Positions 1 through 8,103 of a DNA stretch of 61,083 bases are shown here, one piece after another. Every line of letters starts with the position of its first letter. Position 1 is the stretch's first letter. The stretch is taken from positions 1 to 61,083 of the IMG/VR virus record IMGVR_UViG_3300013286_000014; one strand, written 5' to 3'. The DNA is from a virus (taxonomy: Duplodnaviria > Caudoviricetes). Position numbers and translations under genes: made by a program. The notes beneath the pieces were generated by a model that was not told the DNA's origin, did not search any database, and saw only the letters and a program-made list of their open reading frames with translations.

Positions 1-225
1 ATGATCCACTTCCCCGAGAACTGAATAGCCGTTTTGAATCTGATCATTAAGGGTTTTGACAGCCTTGCCAATCTCATTAACAGGGTAAACACGCTGGTTG
101 GCGTTTTTTATACCGCCCTGGATGCAAATCCCGGACATGTACAAGTTTTTCCCATCTTTGTCATCAGACTCAACAACCATTTTTGCTTCGTTGAAACTGA
201 GATTCTCTCGGAGGTATAAAGACAT
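1..225 (-). CDS. gp21: Prohead core protein protease (T4 gp21-like), N-terminal part, runs off window edge
   Basis: Not in ORF track. Manual translation from ATG at 225: MSLYLRENLSFNEAKMVVESDDKDGKNLYMSGICIQGGIKNANQRVYPVNEIGKAVKTLNDQIQNGYSVLGEVDH. The 'GI.IQ...N.N.RVYP' and 'LGE.DH' motifs are typical of gp21; it lies in a portal-scaffold-protease cluster. Confidence 0.88.
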   Translation of the reverse strand, partial: MSLYLRENLSFNEAKMVVESDDKDGKNLYMSGICIQGGIKNANQRVYPVNEIGKAVKTLNDQIQNGYSVLGEVDH

Positions 226-245
226 ATTGTAGTATAGTCTCGTTT

Positions 246-1169
246 TTATTTTACACGCTTGCCAATCAACGATCTGGTGTTCTTCTCACCGTCACGACTC
301 ACAGCACCTGTGCCAGCGCCAGCTACTTGACCATTCGGATTGTTGAAACCAGCTTGACGATCAATGCCGCCGCCTTTGACTTGTTTCTTGAAACCTGTTT
401 TGCCTGCATCACTACCCGGACGGTTGTGTACATTCAAACCAGCTGTTAGGTCGCCTGCTTTAGGACTGGCCAACCCACCTTGTGTTCCGCCTGATGTTGT
501 TGAAAAGTTTTGTGCAATGTTCTTATTAGAACCGCCCATGTCATTTTTCATGTTGTCAATTAGTGAACGTGTGTTAGTGCCGTTGTCGCCATGCTTTGGT
601 GCTGGAACTTTGTTAACATATTCCATCATTGGCATTTCTTCTTCATCCATGCCGCCCATGTCATCCATGCCGCCCATTTCTGGTTCCATGCCCATGTCGT
701 CACTGCCCATGTGCTCTTCGCCTTCTTCGCCGGCTAATAGTTGTTCAAATTCTGCTTTAAGATCTTCTAATGCATCTTCTAGATCCATTACGCGATCTTC
801 TAGATCTTCATCACCTTCGCCACCTTCTTCGTCACCGAATGGATCGTCTTCGCTGTCATCAGCATCGTCGCCTTCTTTGTCATCAGATTCTTCGTCGTCG
901 CTTTCTTCTTCAGCGCCTTCTTCTTCCATAGACTCTTCTTCAGCGCCTTCTTCTTCCATTTCTTCTTCCATGGACTCTTCTTCTTCCATGCCTTCGTCTT
1001 GCTTGCTGTATGGGTTACCGGAGTCCTGGCTGAAATCTTCAGCTAATAATTCTTCGTAAATTTCACGTGATTTGCCAACAACAATGTTGTGGAATATTTC
1101 TTTTGCAGATTGTTGATCATCATTGATCAAAGCTTCTAGCATGGCTTCAAATTGAGCGCGGTCAGTCAT
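246..1169 (-). CDS. Acidic prohead core/scaffolding-like protein
   Basis: Extremely E/D-rich centre, coiled-coil segment LEDRVMDLEDALEDLKAEFEQLL, between portal and protease, AGGAG RBS and a late-promoter-like element upstream. Confidence 0.65.
   Translation of the reverse strand: MTDRAQFEAMLEALINDDQQSAKEIFHNIVVGKSREIYEELLAEDFSQDSGNPYSKQDEGMEEEESMEEEMEEEGAEEESMEEEGAEEESDDEESDDKEGDDADDSEDDPFGDEEGGEGDEDLEDRVMDLEDALEDLKAEFEQLLAGEEGEEHMGSDDMGMEPEMGGMDDMGGMDEEEMPMMEYVNKVPAPKHGDNGTNTRSLIDNMKNDMGGSNKNIAQNFSTTSGGTQGGLASPKAGDLTAGLNVHNRPGSDAGKTGFKKQVKGGGIDRQAGFNNPNGQVAGAGTGAVSRDGEKNTRSLIGKRVK
903..990. repeat. 30-bp tandem coding repeat in scaffold gene (EESMEEEGAE units)
   Basis: TCTTCTTCAGCGCCTTCTTCTTCCAT occurs twice with a 30-nt period, plus a degenerate third unit. 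Confidence 0.7.
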
Positions 1170-1210
1170 GTTAATTCTCCTGTGGTTGATGTATAGTTAC
1201 AAGGCTGTTT

Positions 1211-1220
1211 ATTATTTACA
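1211..1220 (-). promoter_or_regulatory. Putative late promoter (TGTAAATA) for the scaffold gene
   Basis: Minus strand TGTAAATAAT ~45 nt upstream of the ATG, matching the TAAATA core seen before other structural genes. Confidence 0.5.
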
Positions 1221-1250
1221 CGAAAGATGTAAATCAAGTGTAATATAGGC

Positions 1251-1279
1251 AAAAAACAGTCAGTTTTTGACTGTTTTTT
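1251..1279. terminator. Intrinsic terminator, potentially bidirectional
   Basis: Perfect inverted repeat AAAAAACAGTCA-GTTTT-TGACTGTTTTTT directly after the stop of the 80-aa gene; T-tract on either strand. Confidence 0.75.
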
Positions 1280-1280
1280 A

Positions 1281-1523
1281 TTATGCGGGTGGTGCGGCAG
1301 GTGCGGCCGCATACATGTCGTGAATAAAGTCTAGTTCATTCTCTTGTTCCAGTATGTGAGCCTCACTGCTTTTACGCAATTCGTTCAACTGCTTAAGAGT
1401 CAATCTTGTTTTTCTAGTGTCGCTACGATGCATGACACCGTTATCACGACTTGCATCATAACGCAAATCGTTAGCAACATGCCTGGTGTCAGGATCAATA
1501 TAAAACAGTTCTCTTAAAATCAT
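1281..1523 (-). CDS. Small head-region protein (80 aa)
   Basis: Start reassigned to ATG at 1523 (MILRELFYID...) because the longer track ORF overlaps the portal gene; TATAAATA lies just upstream. Confidence 0.7.
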   Translation of the reverse strand: MILRELFYIDPDTRHVANDLRYDASRDNGVMHRSDTRKTRLTLKQLNELRKSSEAHILEQENELDFIHDMYAAAPAAPPA

Positions 1524-1527
1524 ATTG

Positions 1528-1535
1528 TATTTATA
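1528..1535 (-). promoter_or_regulatory. T4-type late promoter TATAAATA
   Basis: Exact T4 late consensus overlapping the portal stop codon, 4 nt upstream of the ATG at 1523. Confidence 0.6.
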
Positions 1536-3267
1536 CTGGAGGAGCGGCAGCGGGTGCTCCCCCGCCTGGAGCGGCAGCGCCTGGAGTTTGAGCGGCTCCA
1601 TTTTCTCCGGTATCCATGTCTTCTGGGGCGTCCATATCGCCGGCAGCACCCAAGTCGCCTTCAATTCCGCTGGCACTCAATCCTGCACTGCGCAATTCTC
1701 CAGCGGCATCTGTGTGCGTTGGCTCGCCTTTGCCATTCTCTTCTGCCCAATAGCGTTCGTTTTCTGACAGCTCTTCTTGAGTCAAACCCAAGAAACGCTT
1801 CATGGCAAAGCGTTTTGACACAAACGGCACTGCTTGAATGGTGTTAAATGTGTTGATACGTTCAGCATCAATAGCACTTTGCTTGCTTGATGCAAAGTTA
1901 AGTGGTGGATTAAACTGCAATTCAAACAGATTGCTGTCAATGTTCACACCTTTGCTGTGCATGTACATCTTAAATTCATCATCAAACACTGCTGTAATCA
2001 ATGCCTGCAAGCGTTCGCAGTACTTGTTAAAGCGCAGTTCCTGAATATATGCTGTGCCCACACGTCCATCGTTGAAATTACTTTGACTATCGTCCGCACC
2101 AGTGGGCAAATAGCTTGACGGAATACGCAAACCACGAAACAGCTTGTTGGTAAAGTACTTCAAGTCGTCAATTTCGCCAATGTTCTTGCCGCCTTCCAGC
2201 ATGGTAACATCTGATCCTTTGCCGTCTGCTGTTTTAGGAAAGAAATAATCTTCATTTATACTCAGTGGATTGTATGCTGAATCAATTACGTTCTGTCCGC
2301 CGCCTGTTTGACTAGGTATACGGCGTTGGTGAATTTCGTTCTTAACACGTTCCACAAATGCCATAGCCAAGTGACTAGGCATATTACCTACGTCGATATG
2401 GAATACTCTGCGTTCCGGCGCACGTTGTATACGATAAATTAATATAGCATCTTCCAGCAATTCTTTTTGTTTGTACACTTTGAATATGTTTTCCAACAAA
2501 CTGTTACCAAATGGATAGTTGTTGTCCAACCCTTCGCTTAGGCTCAAATGTATAACATGCTTGGCATCAATGGCATTTTCTTTAAATTGTATACCAAATC
2601 TGCTGCCACTTGAACCAGCTCCAGTACTGCCACGCTGTGCGCTAGTACCAGTACTACCACTTGCTGGTACAGGTCCTCCGCCCGGCGACTTAGAACTCAT
2701 GTTGGCTGTAATTTGTGTAGCTACCAAATGTTCAAAATTGGGTGCTAGGTCTTTAACAATGTATTGTTCTGGCTTTTTGCCTTCGCTTTCGTTAACAATG
2801 ACCTTGATCAAGTTACTGGTATCGATCCAATTCCACTTTTGATTCTCGGGATCACGTATGAAAAATGCGTCACCGTACTTGAATACATTACGTACAATAC
2901 GAAAAATACGTGTATCAAACTTTTGTAGCTTGTTCCACTGTTGTAAATACTCGCTTAACACACGAACTTCCACATTGGTGGCCTTGTGTCGCCATTTGAT
3001 TGCAAATGGACTGCTGTTGTCTTTTAATTTTTGTGTGCAAAACTCTGCCAAAATATCCAAGGCCGCATTGACTTCTGGATCGCTGTCCATGGTTTCATAC
3101 TGTTGGTAGCGTTCAATACGGTTTGGACTACCAGAATACACATCTGGCAAGTAACTGCTGTAGTTGCTACGTGCTGGGCCCGGACGGTTGCCGCTATTAA
3201 TTCCATTAATAGGGCTCAATGATTCGCCGTTGACGGGAACAGGTGTGAAGTATTTTTTCCAACTCAT
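1531..3267 (-). CDS. gp20: Portal vertex protein (T4 gp20-like)
   Basis: Motifs 'LLEDAILIYRIQRAPERRVFHIDVGNMP', 'EDYFFP', 'GEIDDLKYF...LRIP.S.L' and 'ELRF.K...RLQ' are characteristic of T4-like portals. Confidence 0.95.
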   Translation of the reverse strand: MSWKKYFTPVPVNGESLSPINGINSGNRPGPARSNYSSYLPDVYSGSPNRIERYQQYETMDSDPEVNAALDILAEFCTQKLKDNSSPFAIKWRHKATNVEVRVLSEYLQQWNKLQKFDTRIFRIVRNVFKYGDAFFIRDPENQKWNWIDTSNLIKVIVNESEGKKPEQYIVKDLAPNFEHLVATQITANMSSKSPGGGPVPASGSTGTSAQRGSTGAGSSGSRFGIQFKENAIDAKHVIHLSLSEGLDNNYPFGNSLLENIFKVYKQKELLEDAILIYRIQRAPERRVFHIDVGNMPSHLAMAFVERVKNEIHQRRIPSQTGGGQNVIDSAYNPLSINEDYFFPKTADGKGSDVTMLEGGKNIGEIDDLKYFTNKLFRGLRIPSSYLPTGADDSQSNFNDGRVGTAYIQELRFNKYCERLQALITAVFDDEFKMYMHSKGVNIDSNLFELQFNPPLNFASSKQSAIDAERINTFNTIQAVPFVSKRFAMKRFLGLTQEELSENERYWAEENGKGEPTHTDAAGELRSAGLSASGIEGDLGAAGDMDAPEDMDTGENGAAQTPGAAAPGGGAPAAAPPV

Positions 3268-3275
3268 AGTTTTCC

Positions 3276-5456
3276 TTAAGCGTGTGTTCTATTGCCAGTA
3301 GCTTTGCCAGAGTTTTTAGCGGTCTTTTCACTGTGACCACTAATGTCCAGTGTTGCCTTTAGCATTTTATCCATACTACTATTTAAGCGAATTAAAGAGT
3401 CGTTGAGATCTTTCATGGACACAGTTCCGCCAGCAGTTGGCATGGGCTCTGCGCTTTTAGTAGGAGTTGCTGACTGTTTAGAAATGCTTTCTCCAACTGC
3501 GCCGTCACGTTCAGATTTCTTTGCTTGTTCTTGTTCTGCACGAGACATGGTGCTGGGGTCAAATCGTGGAGCTTCTATTTTTGGTGCTGCCATTGGATTT
3601 GCAGATGGTCTATCTATCTTTGGCAATTCAAATTTTGGCATGTCAAAGCGCGGTGTGGCAACTTTTGGCATTTCAAACTTTGGCAGGTCAAAGCGCGGTG
3701 TGGCAGCTTTTGGTATATCTGTTTTGAGTGGGCTTCCACCCAGTCCGGATATTTTAGTTTTAATATCTCCAAACATGCTTTGAAATTTATCATTGGGCAC
3801 AATGTCACCCGCTGTCTTGGATTTGAACAACTCTGGACCGTTTTCACCCACAATATAAACTTGTTCCGCATCTACTGGACCGCCTTGTGCTTTCTTCTGC
3901 AATTTAGGCAACTGTGTGTTGACTGCTGGAGCATTGGGTGCAGTGCCGGTACCAGTTCCTCCGCCGCCAGGTGTTGTTACACCCAATACTGCTTTACCAG
4001 CATTTAAGATAACATTCATACTTTTTTCAACATCACCGCCCTTGCCGTACACTGCTGTAACGGCTTTGCCCCATGTTTCAATACCTAACTTGCTGTTAGC
4101 CAACTTGGTGATTTCCTTGTTCAACAGTGCCAACGATTCATTTGCTGTGTTGAATGCGGCATTCTGTAACTGTGTTACAGCTTGTTGAGGAGCCACTTGA
4201 GGATTTGGTGCGCCAGTTTTTAGTTTGCTTTCGCTTAGATTTGCAACTTCCTTTTGTCTTTCTTTTTCTGTATCGTATTTTGTTTGACCCGGGGCACGAT
4301 TGGCTTGTGTTGCATTAACTCCACCACGTTCAAGATTTTCTTCGTAACTTTTTCTTAATCCGCCTCTTAACTGATCAGGAGCACTTTGCAACAGGCGTTG
4401 GAAACCTTTGGTCTTTTGATATTCAGCAGTGTCCACTTTGGCGCGATCCAGTATTGCCTGAGCCGCTTCGCGTTCTTGATCGGTTTTGGCTTTGGCCATC
4501 AGTTGATTGCCTTTGATAAACTCGCCCATGGCCTTTGGACCCATGCTCATCATTTGTATTTGATTTTCTTGACTCAGTCTTCCGCCTGCTTGAATGATCT
4601 GTGCGGCATCTCCGGCACCTTTGCCCATGCCAGCCAATGCCGCTTGACTTGCTATAATGGCCTTGCGTTGGTCTTCAGTTGCTCCTACCAGTTGTGCTTG
4701 AACTTCAGCACTGCTTAATCGTGCTTCCAATTCTTTTTCAATCACATCTCTACTTTTGCCCGAACTAATGGCTGTACGATTAATTTGTTCAGCCAACTCT
4801 TTTGCAGATTTTGCGGCGCCTATTTTTGCTTCTTCAGTTGCCAGTTCTTCTTTTCTGCCCATTTGACTAAGCAACAGGATTTTGCCCAGTTCAGCTTGTC
4901 CAATCTGATTGGCCAATCCAGAGTCCTGTGCAGACTTTATCAACTTATCACCTGTTCCGGCCAATTGTCTAGCACGATCATCAGCATTGCCAGCAAAGTT
5001 ATTCAAGGCACCCTTACTATTGGCCATGGCTGTTGCATAATCTTTTACTTCTAAACCAGCAGTACGCAGTCCAACAGTCATGCCCATGAAGTCACCGCCG
5101 CCGATACCCTCATTTGAATTGGCCCGTGATTTGTCTGCTTGAGCAAGTGCGGCATTGCCCATTGCGGCCAACGGGCCTGCTCCATATTTTGCCAACATTT
5201 CCATGGCGCCTTTGGCTTCTTTGCCAATATCTTGCCCGGCAGTTTTCCATGCAGTTTCTAGCCTAATACCCGCGCCAATTACATCTACAAACTTCTTAGA
5301 TAGTAGTCCGGCATTTTCAGCCAATTGATCTATAATACCACCGTTACCGCCACCTTTTGCATTAGCGCCGCCGGGTCCTGGAGGTCTAGCTCCAGAGTTG
5401 TTGCCCACTAAAATATCGGTCAACATTTGTCTCAGAGTTTCAACGGTCAATTCCAT
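3276..5456 (-). CDS. Tape-measure-like / tail hub protein
   Basis: Long Ala/Gln/Lys-rich helical protein with the 'AQGGPV...YIVGENGPELF....G.IVPN' motif common at tape-measure C-termini; divergent from the gp26-like gene. Confidence 0.6.
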   Translation of the reverse strand: MELTVETLRQMLTDILVGNNSGARPPGPGGANAKGGGNGGIIDQLAENAGLLSKKFVDVIGAGIRLETAWKTAGQDIGKEAKGAMEMLAKYGAGPLAAMGNAALAQADKSRANSNEGIGGGDFMGMTVGLRTAGLEVKDYATAMANSKGALNNFAGNADDRARQLAGTGDKLIKSAQDSGLANQIGQAELGKILLLSQMGRKEELATEEAKIGAAKSAKELAEQINRTAISSGKSRDVIEKELEARLSSAEVQAQLVGATEDQRKAIIASQAALAGMGKGAGDAAQIIQAGGRLSQENQIQMMSMGPKAMGEFIKGNQLMAKAKTDQEREAAQAILDRAKVDTAEYQKTKGFQRLLQSAPDQLRGGLRKSYEENLERGGVNATQANRAPGQTKYDTEKERQKEVANLSESKLKTGAPNPQVAPQQAVTQLQNAAFNTANESLALLNKEITKLANSKLGIETWGKAVTAVYGKGGDVEKSMNVILNAGKAVLGVTTPGGGGTGTGTAPNAPAVNTQLPKLQKKAQGGPVDAEQVYIVGENGPELFKSKTAGDIVPNDKFQSMFGDIKTKISGLGGSPLKTDIPKAATPRFDLPKFEMPKVATPRFDMPKFELPKIDRPSANPMAAPKIEAPRFDPSTMSRAEQEQAKKSERDGAVGESISKQSATPTKSAEPMPTAGGTVSMKDLNDSLIRLNSSMDKMLKATLDISGHSEKTAKNSGKATGNRTHA
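3619..3713. repeat. 45-bp tandem coding repeat (PKxATPRFDxPKFEx)
   Basis: GTCAAAGCGCGGTGTGGCA at 3642-3660 and 3687-3705, with flanking TTTGGCA units. Confidence 0.75.
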
Positions 5457-5482
5457 AAAAAGAAATCCTTAAAAAGTACGTA

Positions 5483-5508
5483 TATAAATACAATTACATA
5501 TATTTATC
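5483..5508. promoter_or_regulatory. Face-to-face late promoters: TATAAATA (+, 5483-5490) and GATAAATA (-, 5501-5508)
   Basis: Both octamers sit in the 62-bp gap between the divergent tape-measure-like and gp26-like genes. Confidence 0.65.
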
Positions 5509-5518
5509 AGGAGCCAAA

Positions 5519-6340
5519 ATGGCCAATAATCCCTTAGAGCAGTTTTTTAGACAACCAAAGATATTCATCAATTTGCCCAGTCAAGGTGCATATCATGAGG
5601 AAGGAGTAATGCAAGGTGATACAGTAAACATGCCAGTATACAGTATGACAGCAATGGATGAAATCATTGCCAAAACTCCAGATGCCATGTTCAGTGGAGA
5701 AAGCACAGTGCGCATGATACAAAGCTGTTGCCCCAATGTTAAAAATGCCTGGGGTCTCAGCATGATAGATACAGACTTGTTGTTTGCCGCAATACGTATT
5801 GCCACTTACGGTAACTTTTTATCAGTGACTCACGTGTGTCCAGGTTGCAAAACTGATAATCAATATGACCTAGATCTCAGTCGTGTGGTGGATCATCTTA
5901 CTGGTTGCAAATATAACAATACTATTGTATTGAATAAAATAACCATACGCACACAACCTGTAACATATAAGGTAAGCACGGACATTGCCGTGAAACAGTA
6001 TCAAATGAACAAACGATTGGTTCAGTTGGAAACCATGGAAGACTCAGACGAAAAACAAAAATTGATCAACGAGCTGTTTGTGGATATTGGCAAAATACAA
6101 ACTGAATTTTTTATTGCCAATGTGGAAAGCATCGATACTGGTAGTCAAGTTGTTACTGAGCGACCGTTTATTATAGAGTTTATGAACAATTGCGACAAGA
6201 CCATTTACGATGCTATTAAAAAACAAGTGGAATTAAATCAAGACACTTGGAAATTGCCGTCATACGAAGTCAAATGTACTGAATGCAGTAAAGATAACAA
6301 CGTTACTATTACTCTAGATCAATCAAATTTTTTCGTCTAA
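5519..6340 (+). CDS. Baseplate hub assembly protein (T4 gp26-like), probable tail assembly chaperone
   Basis: 'LPSQG..Y', 'D.D.LF.AIRIATYG', CPGC and CTEC zinc pairs and terminal 'SNFF' resemble gp26-like proteins; AGGAG RBS. Confidence 0.75.
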   Translation: MANNPLEQFFRQPKIFINLPSQGAYHEEGVMQGDTVNMPVYSMTAMDEIIAKTPDAMFSGESTVRMIQSCCPNVKNAWGLSMIDTDLLFAAIRIATYGNFLSVTHVCPGCKTDNQYDLDLSRVVDHLTGCKYNNTIVLNKITIRTQPVTYKVSTDIAVKQYQMNKRLVQLETMEDSDEKQKLINELFVDIGKIQTEFFIANVESIDTGSQVVTERPFIIEFMNNCDKTIYDAIKKQVELNQDTWKLPSYEVKCTECSKDNNVTITLDQSNFFV

Positions 6341-6567
6341 GCCTGATCTTCCTGTCCGCTGAAGAAATTCAAAAGGAACTGATTAGGCTAGAAGAAGAAG
6401 TTAAAGAATTCAAACAAGAGCTATTTAGAATTAGTTGGTACATGCGAGGCGGAGTAACAGTAAACGATTTGTTACAAATCTACGGTTATGAAGATAGAAT
6501 AGCCATGTATAATATCATTAAAGAAAATATAGAAACTACCAAAGAGTCTGGACTGCCGTTACTTTAA
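6331..6567 (+). CDS. -1 frame extension of the gp26-like gene (gp51-like region), probably reached by frameshift
   Basis: Frame open from the slippery site to TAA 6565-6567: FRLSLIFLSAEEIQKELIRLEEEVKEFKQELFRISWYMRGGVTVNDLLQIYGYEDRIAMYNIIKENIETTKESGLPLL. First ATG only at 6442. Confidence 0.65.
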   Translation, partial: FRLSLIFLSAEEIQKELIRLEEEVKEFKQELFRISWYMRGGVTVNDLLQIYGYEDRIAMYNIIKENIETTKESGLPLL

Positions 6568-8067
6568 CGAACCATCCGGATTTATTTCTCGTCCTTGATA
6601 GTCATATTGTCTTTTTACAGCAGGTGTTTGTGCAACTGCTGGTTCTGATGGTGCCGGCACTTCAGCTTTAGCACCTTGATTTGTTGCAGTTCCCGGTGGC
6701 ACTGGTTCGTCTGTCTTTTCAGATTCTGCATCTTTCGCTTTGGATGCTTCAGCTTCTTTAGCTATGGCGGCATTTATATTTTTAACAATTTTGTCGTATC
6801 GTTCAAAACTGTCTTTGTATTTTGGCATATTGGCAACTTCACTCTCTTGCATCCAATTTGCCAATTCTGTTGCACCATCAGACATTAGTAAAGGATTATG
6901 CATTACCAAAGTGAGAATCACCTGGCTGGGGTTTGGATCCTTGGCTATTTCTAATGCTATCAAATTGAATGCGGCCGGAGATGCAATTTTTGTTAGTTGT
7001 GTCACGCCGGGAATAAATGTTCCTAAAACTCTAAAAATTCCATATCCAGTGGCAGATACTAGAAGGCTACCAGAAAGTATTTCTAACATTTTGGCCACAG
7101 CTTTTTGCATTTGTAGACGGTTGTATAACACAAACCACTCTTCTATATTTTCAGGCTCTCGTCCTTGGTATGACATGCCTGTTAACTGCCCAGCATCTTT
7201 TAACTGTTGAAATGCATTGTTGTCAGTGTCTCCAAGATATTCTCTTGCACTGTCCATGGTTTTTTTATACGTGCTAATTGGACCAGATAAAATTTTACCT
7301 AGGATAGCAAGATTTAAAAGAGCGTAAACACCACCAACCAATGCAATAACTCCTTTGACTGTGCCCCACACAGTAAATCTGTTGCCGGATTTCACTTTGG
7401 CTGCTTTGGCTTCTTTGGCTTCTGCGGCTTTCTCGGCAACTTTTTTAGGATTTGTAGTACCAAATTGAGATGCAATCCTATCCAAGTACTTGGCTTCTGC
7501 CAGCTGTAATATATCTTTTCTAGCATCAGGAAACTGAGCAAATAAATCGTTTGGTACAGCTGGTGTACCTGGAGTAGCTGGAGTGCCCGGGACACTTTTC
7601 ATCGCGGGCTTGCCGTCTGCGCCAATAATGGGTTGGCCATTGTTGCCCAACATGGGTTCTTGAGTTCGACCTTTTGCTGGCGTACCAGGAGTGGCGGCCT
7701 GTTTGGGCGGCACAATTGCTTCAACGGGTCTAGGCTCAGTGAATTTGTTTATTCTAGCATCATACAGTTCGTCTGCATATTTGTCGGCGGCTGAACGTAG
7801 TTTGGTAAAGGCCTCCCGATCAAGTCTCGCACCTATGCCCAATATTCCGCCTTTCTCATACTTGTCTGCAATCTGATACGCTACTAACTTTTCTGCCGCG
7901 TTATCCTTGCCTGCTTTTTTTTCCAAGAAAGTGGCCATATCTAGACCAAACAATTGACGCAATTTATATTGCGCTTTCAACAAAATGCCAGGGCCTTCGT
8001 CGCCCAGAGTCTGGCCCAGATAACCTTCATTTAGTCGTGATTCCGAAATTATTTCATGTACTTTCAT
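6559..8067 (-). CDS. Hypothetical late protein, candidate head-internal/ejected protein with hydrophobic segments
   Basis: 502 aa; N-terminus MKVHEIISE; ATPGTPA repeats; hydrophobic stretch VIALVGGVYALLNLAILGKIL; GATAAATA upstream. Confidence 0.75.
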   Translation of the reverse strand: MKVHEIISESRLNEGYLGQTLGDEGPGILLKAQYKLRQLFGLDMATFLEKKAGKDNAAEKLVAYQIADKYEKGGILGIGARLDREAFTKLRSAADKYADELYDARINKFTEPRPVEAIVPPKQAATPGTPAKGRTQEPMLGNNGQPIIGADGKPAMKSVPGTPATPGTPAVPNDLFAQFPDARKDILQLAEAKYLDRIASQFGTTNPKKVAEKAAEAKEAKAAKVKSGNRFTVWGTVKGVIALVGGVYALLNLAILGKILSGPISTYKKTMDSAREYLGDTDNNAFQQLKDAGQLTGMSYQGREPENIEEWFVLYNRLQMQKAVAKMLEILSGSLLVSATGYGIFRVLGTFIPGVTQLTKIASPAAFNLIALEIAKDPNPSQVILTLVMHNPLLMSDGATELANWMQESEVANMPKYKDSFERYDKIVKNINAAIAKEAEASKAKDAESEKTDEPVPPGTATNQGAKAEVPAPSEPAVAQTPAVKRQYDYQGREINPDGSLK

Positions 8068-8085
8068 AGTTTGTTCTCAGTATGA

Positions 8086-8093
8086 TATTTATC
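8086..8093 (-). promoter_or_regulatory. Late promoter GATAAATA
   Basis: 18 nt upstream of the ATG at 8067; same octamer as at 5501, 41447, 45639, 57583 and 58351. Confidence 0.6.
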
Positions 8094-8103
8094 TAGTGCT
8101 TCA

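Noticed and set aside
364-1059. 231-aa Ser-rich plus-strand ORF
   Set aside because: Antisense shadow of the Glu/Asp-rich scaffold gene; its composition mirrors the GAA/GAT codons.
1524-1676. N-terminal extension of the 131-aa track ORF
   Set aside because: Overlaps the portal C-terminus; the ATG at 1523 with a late promoter is the more plausible start.
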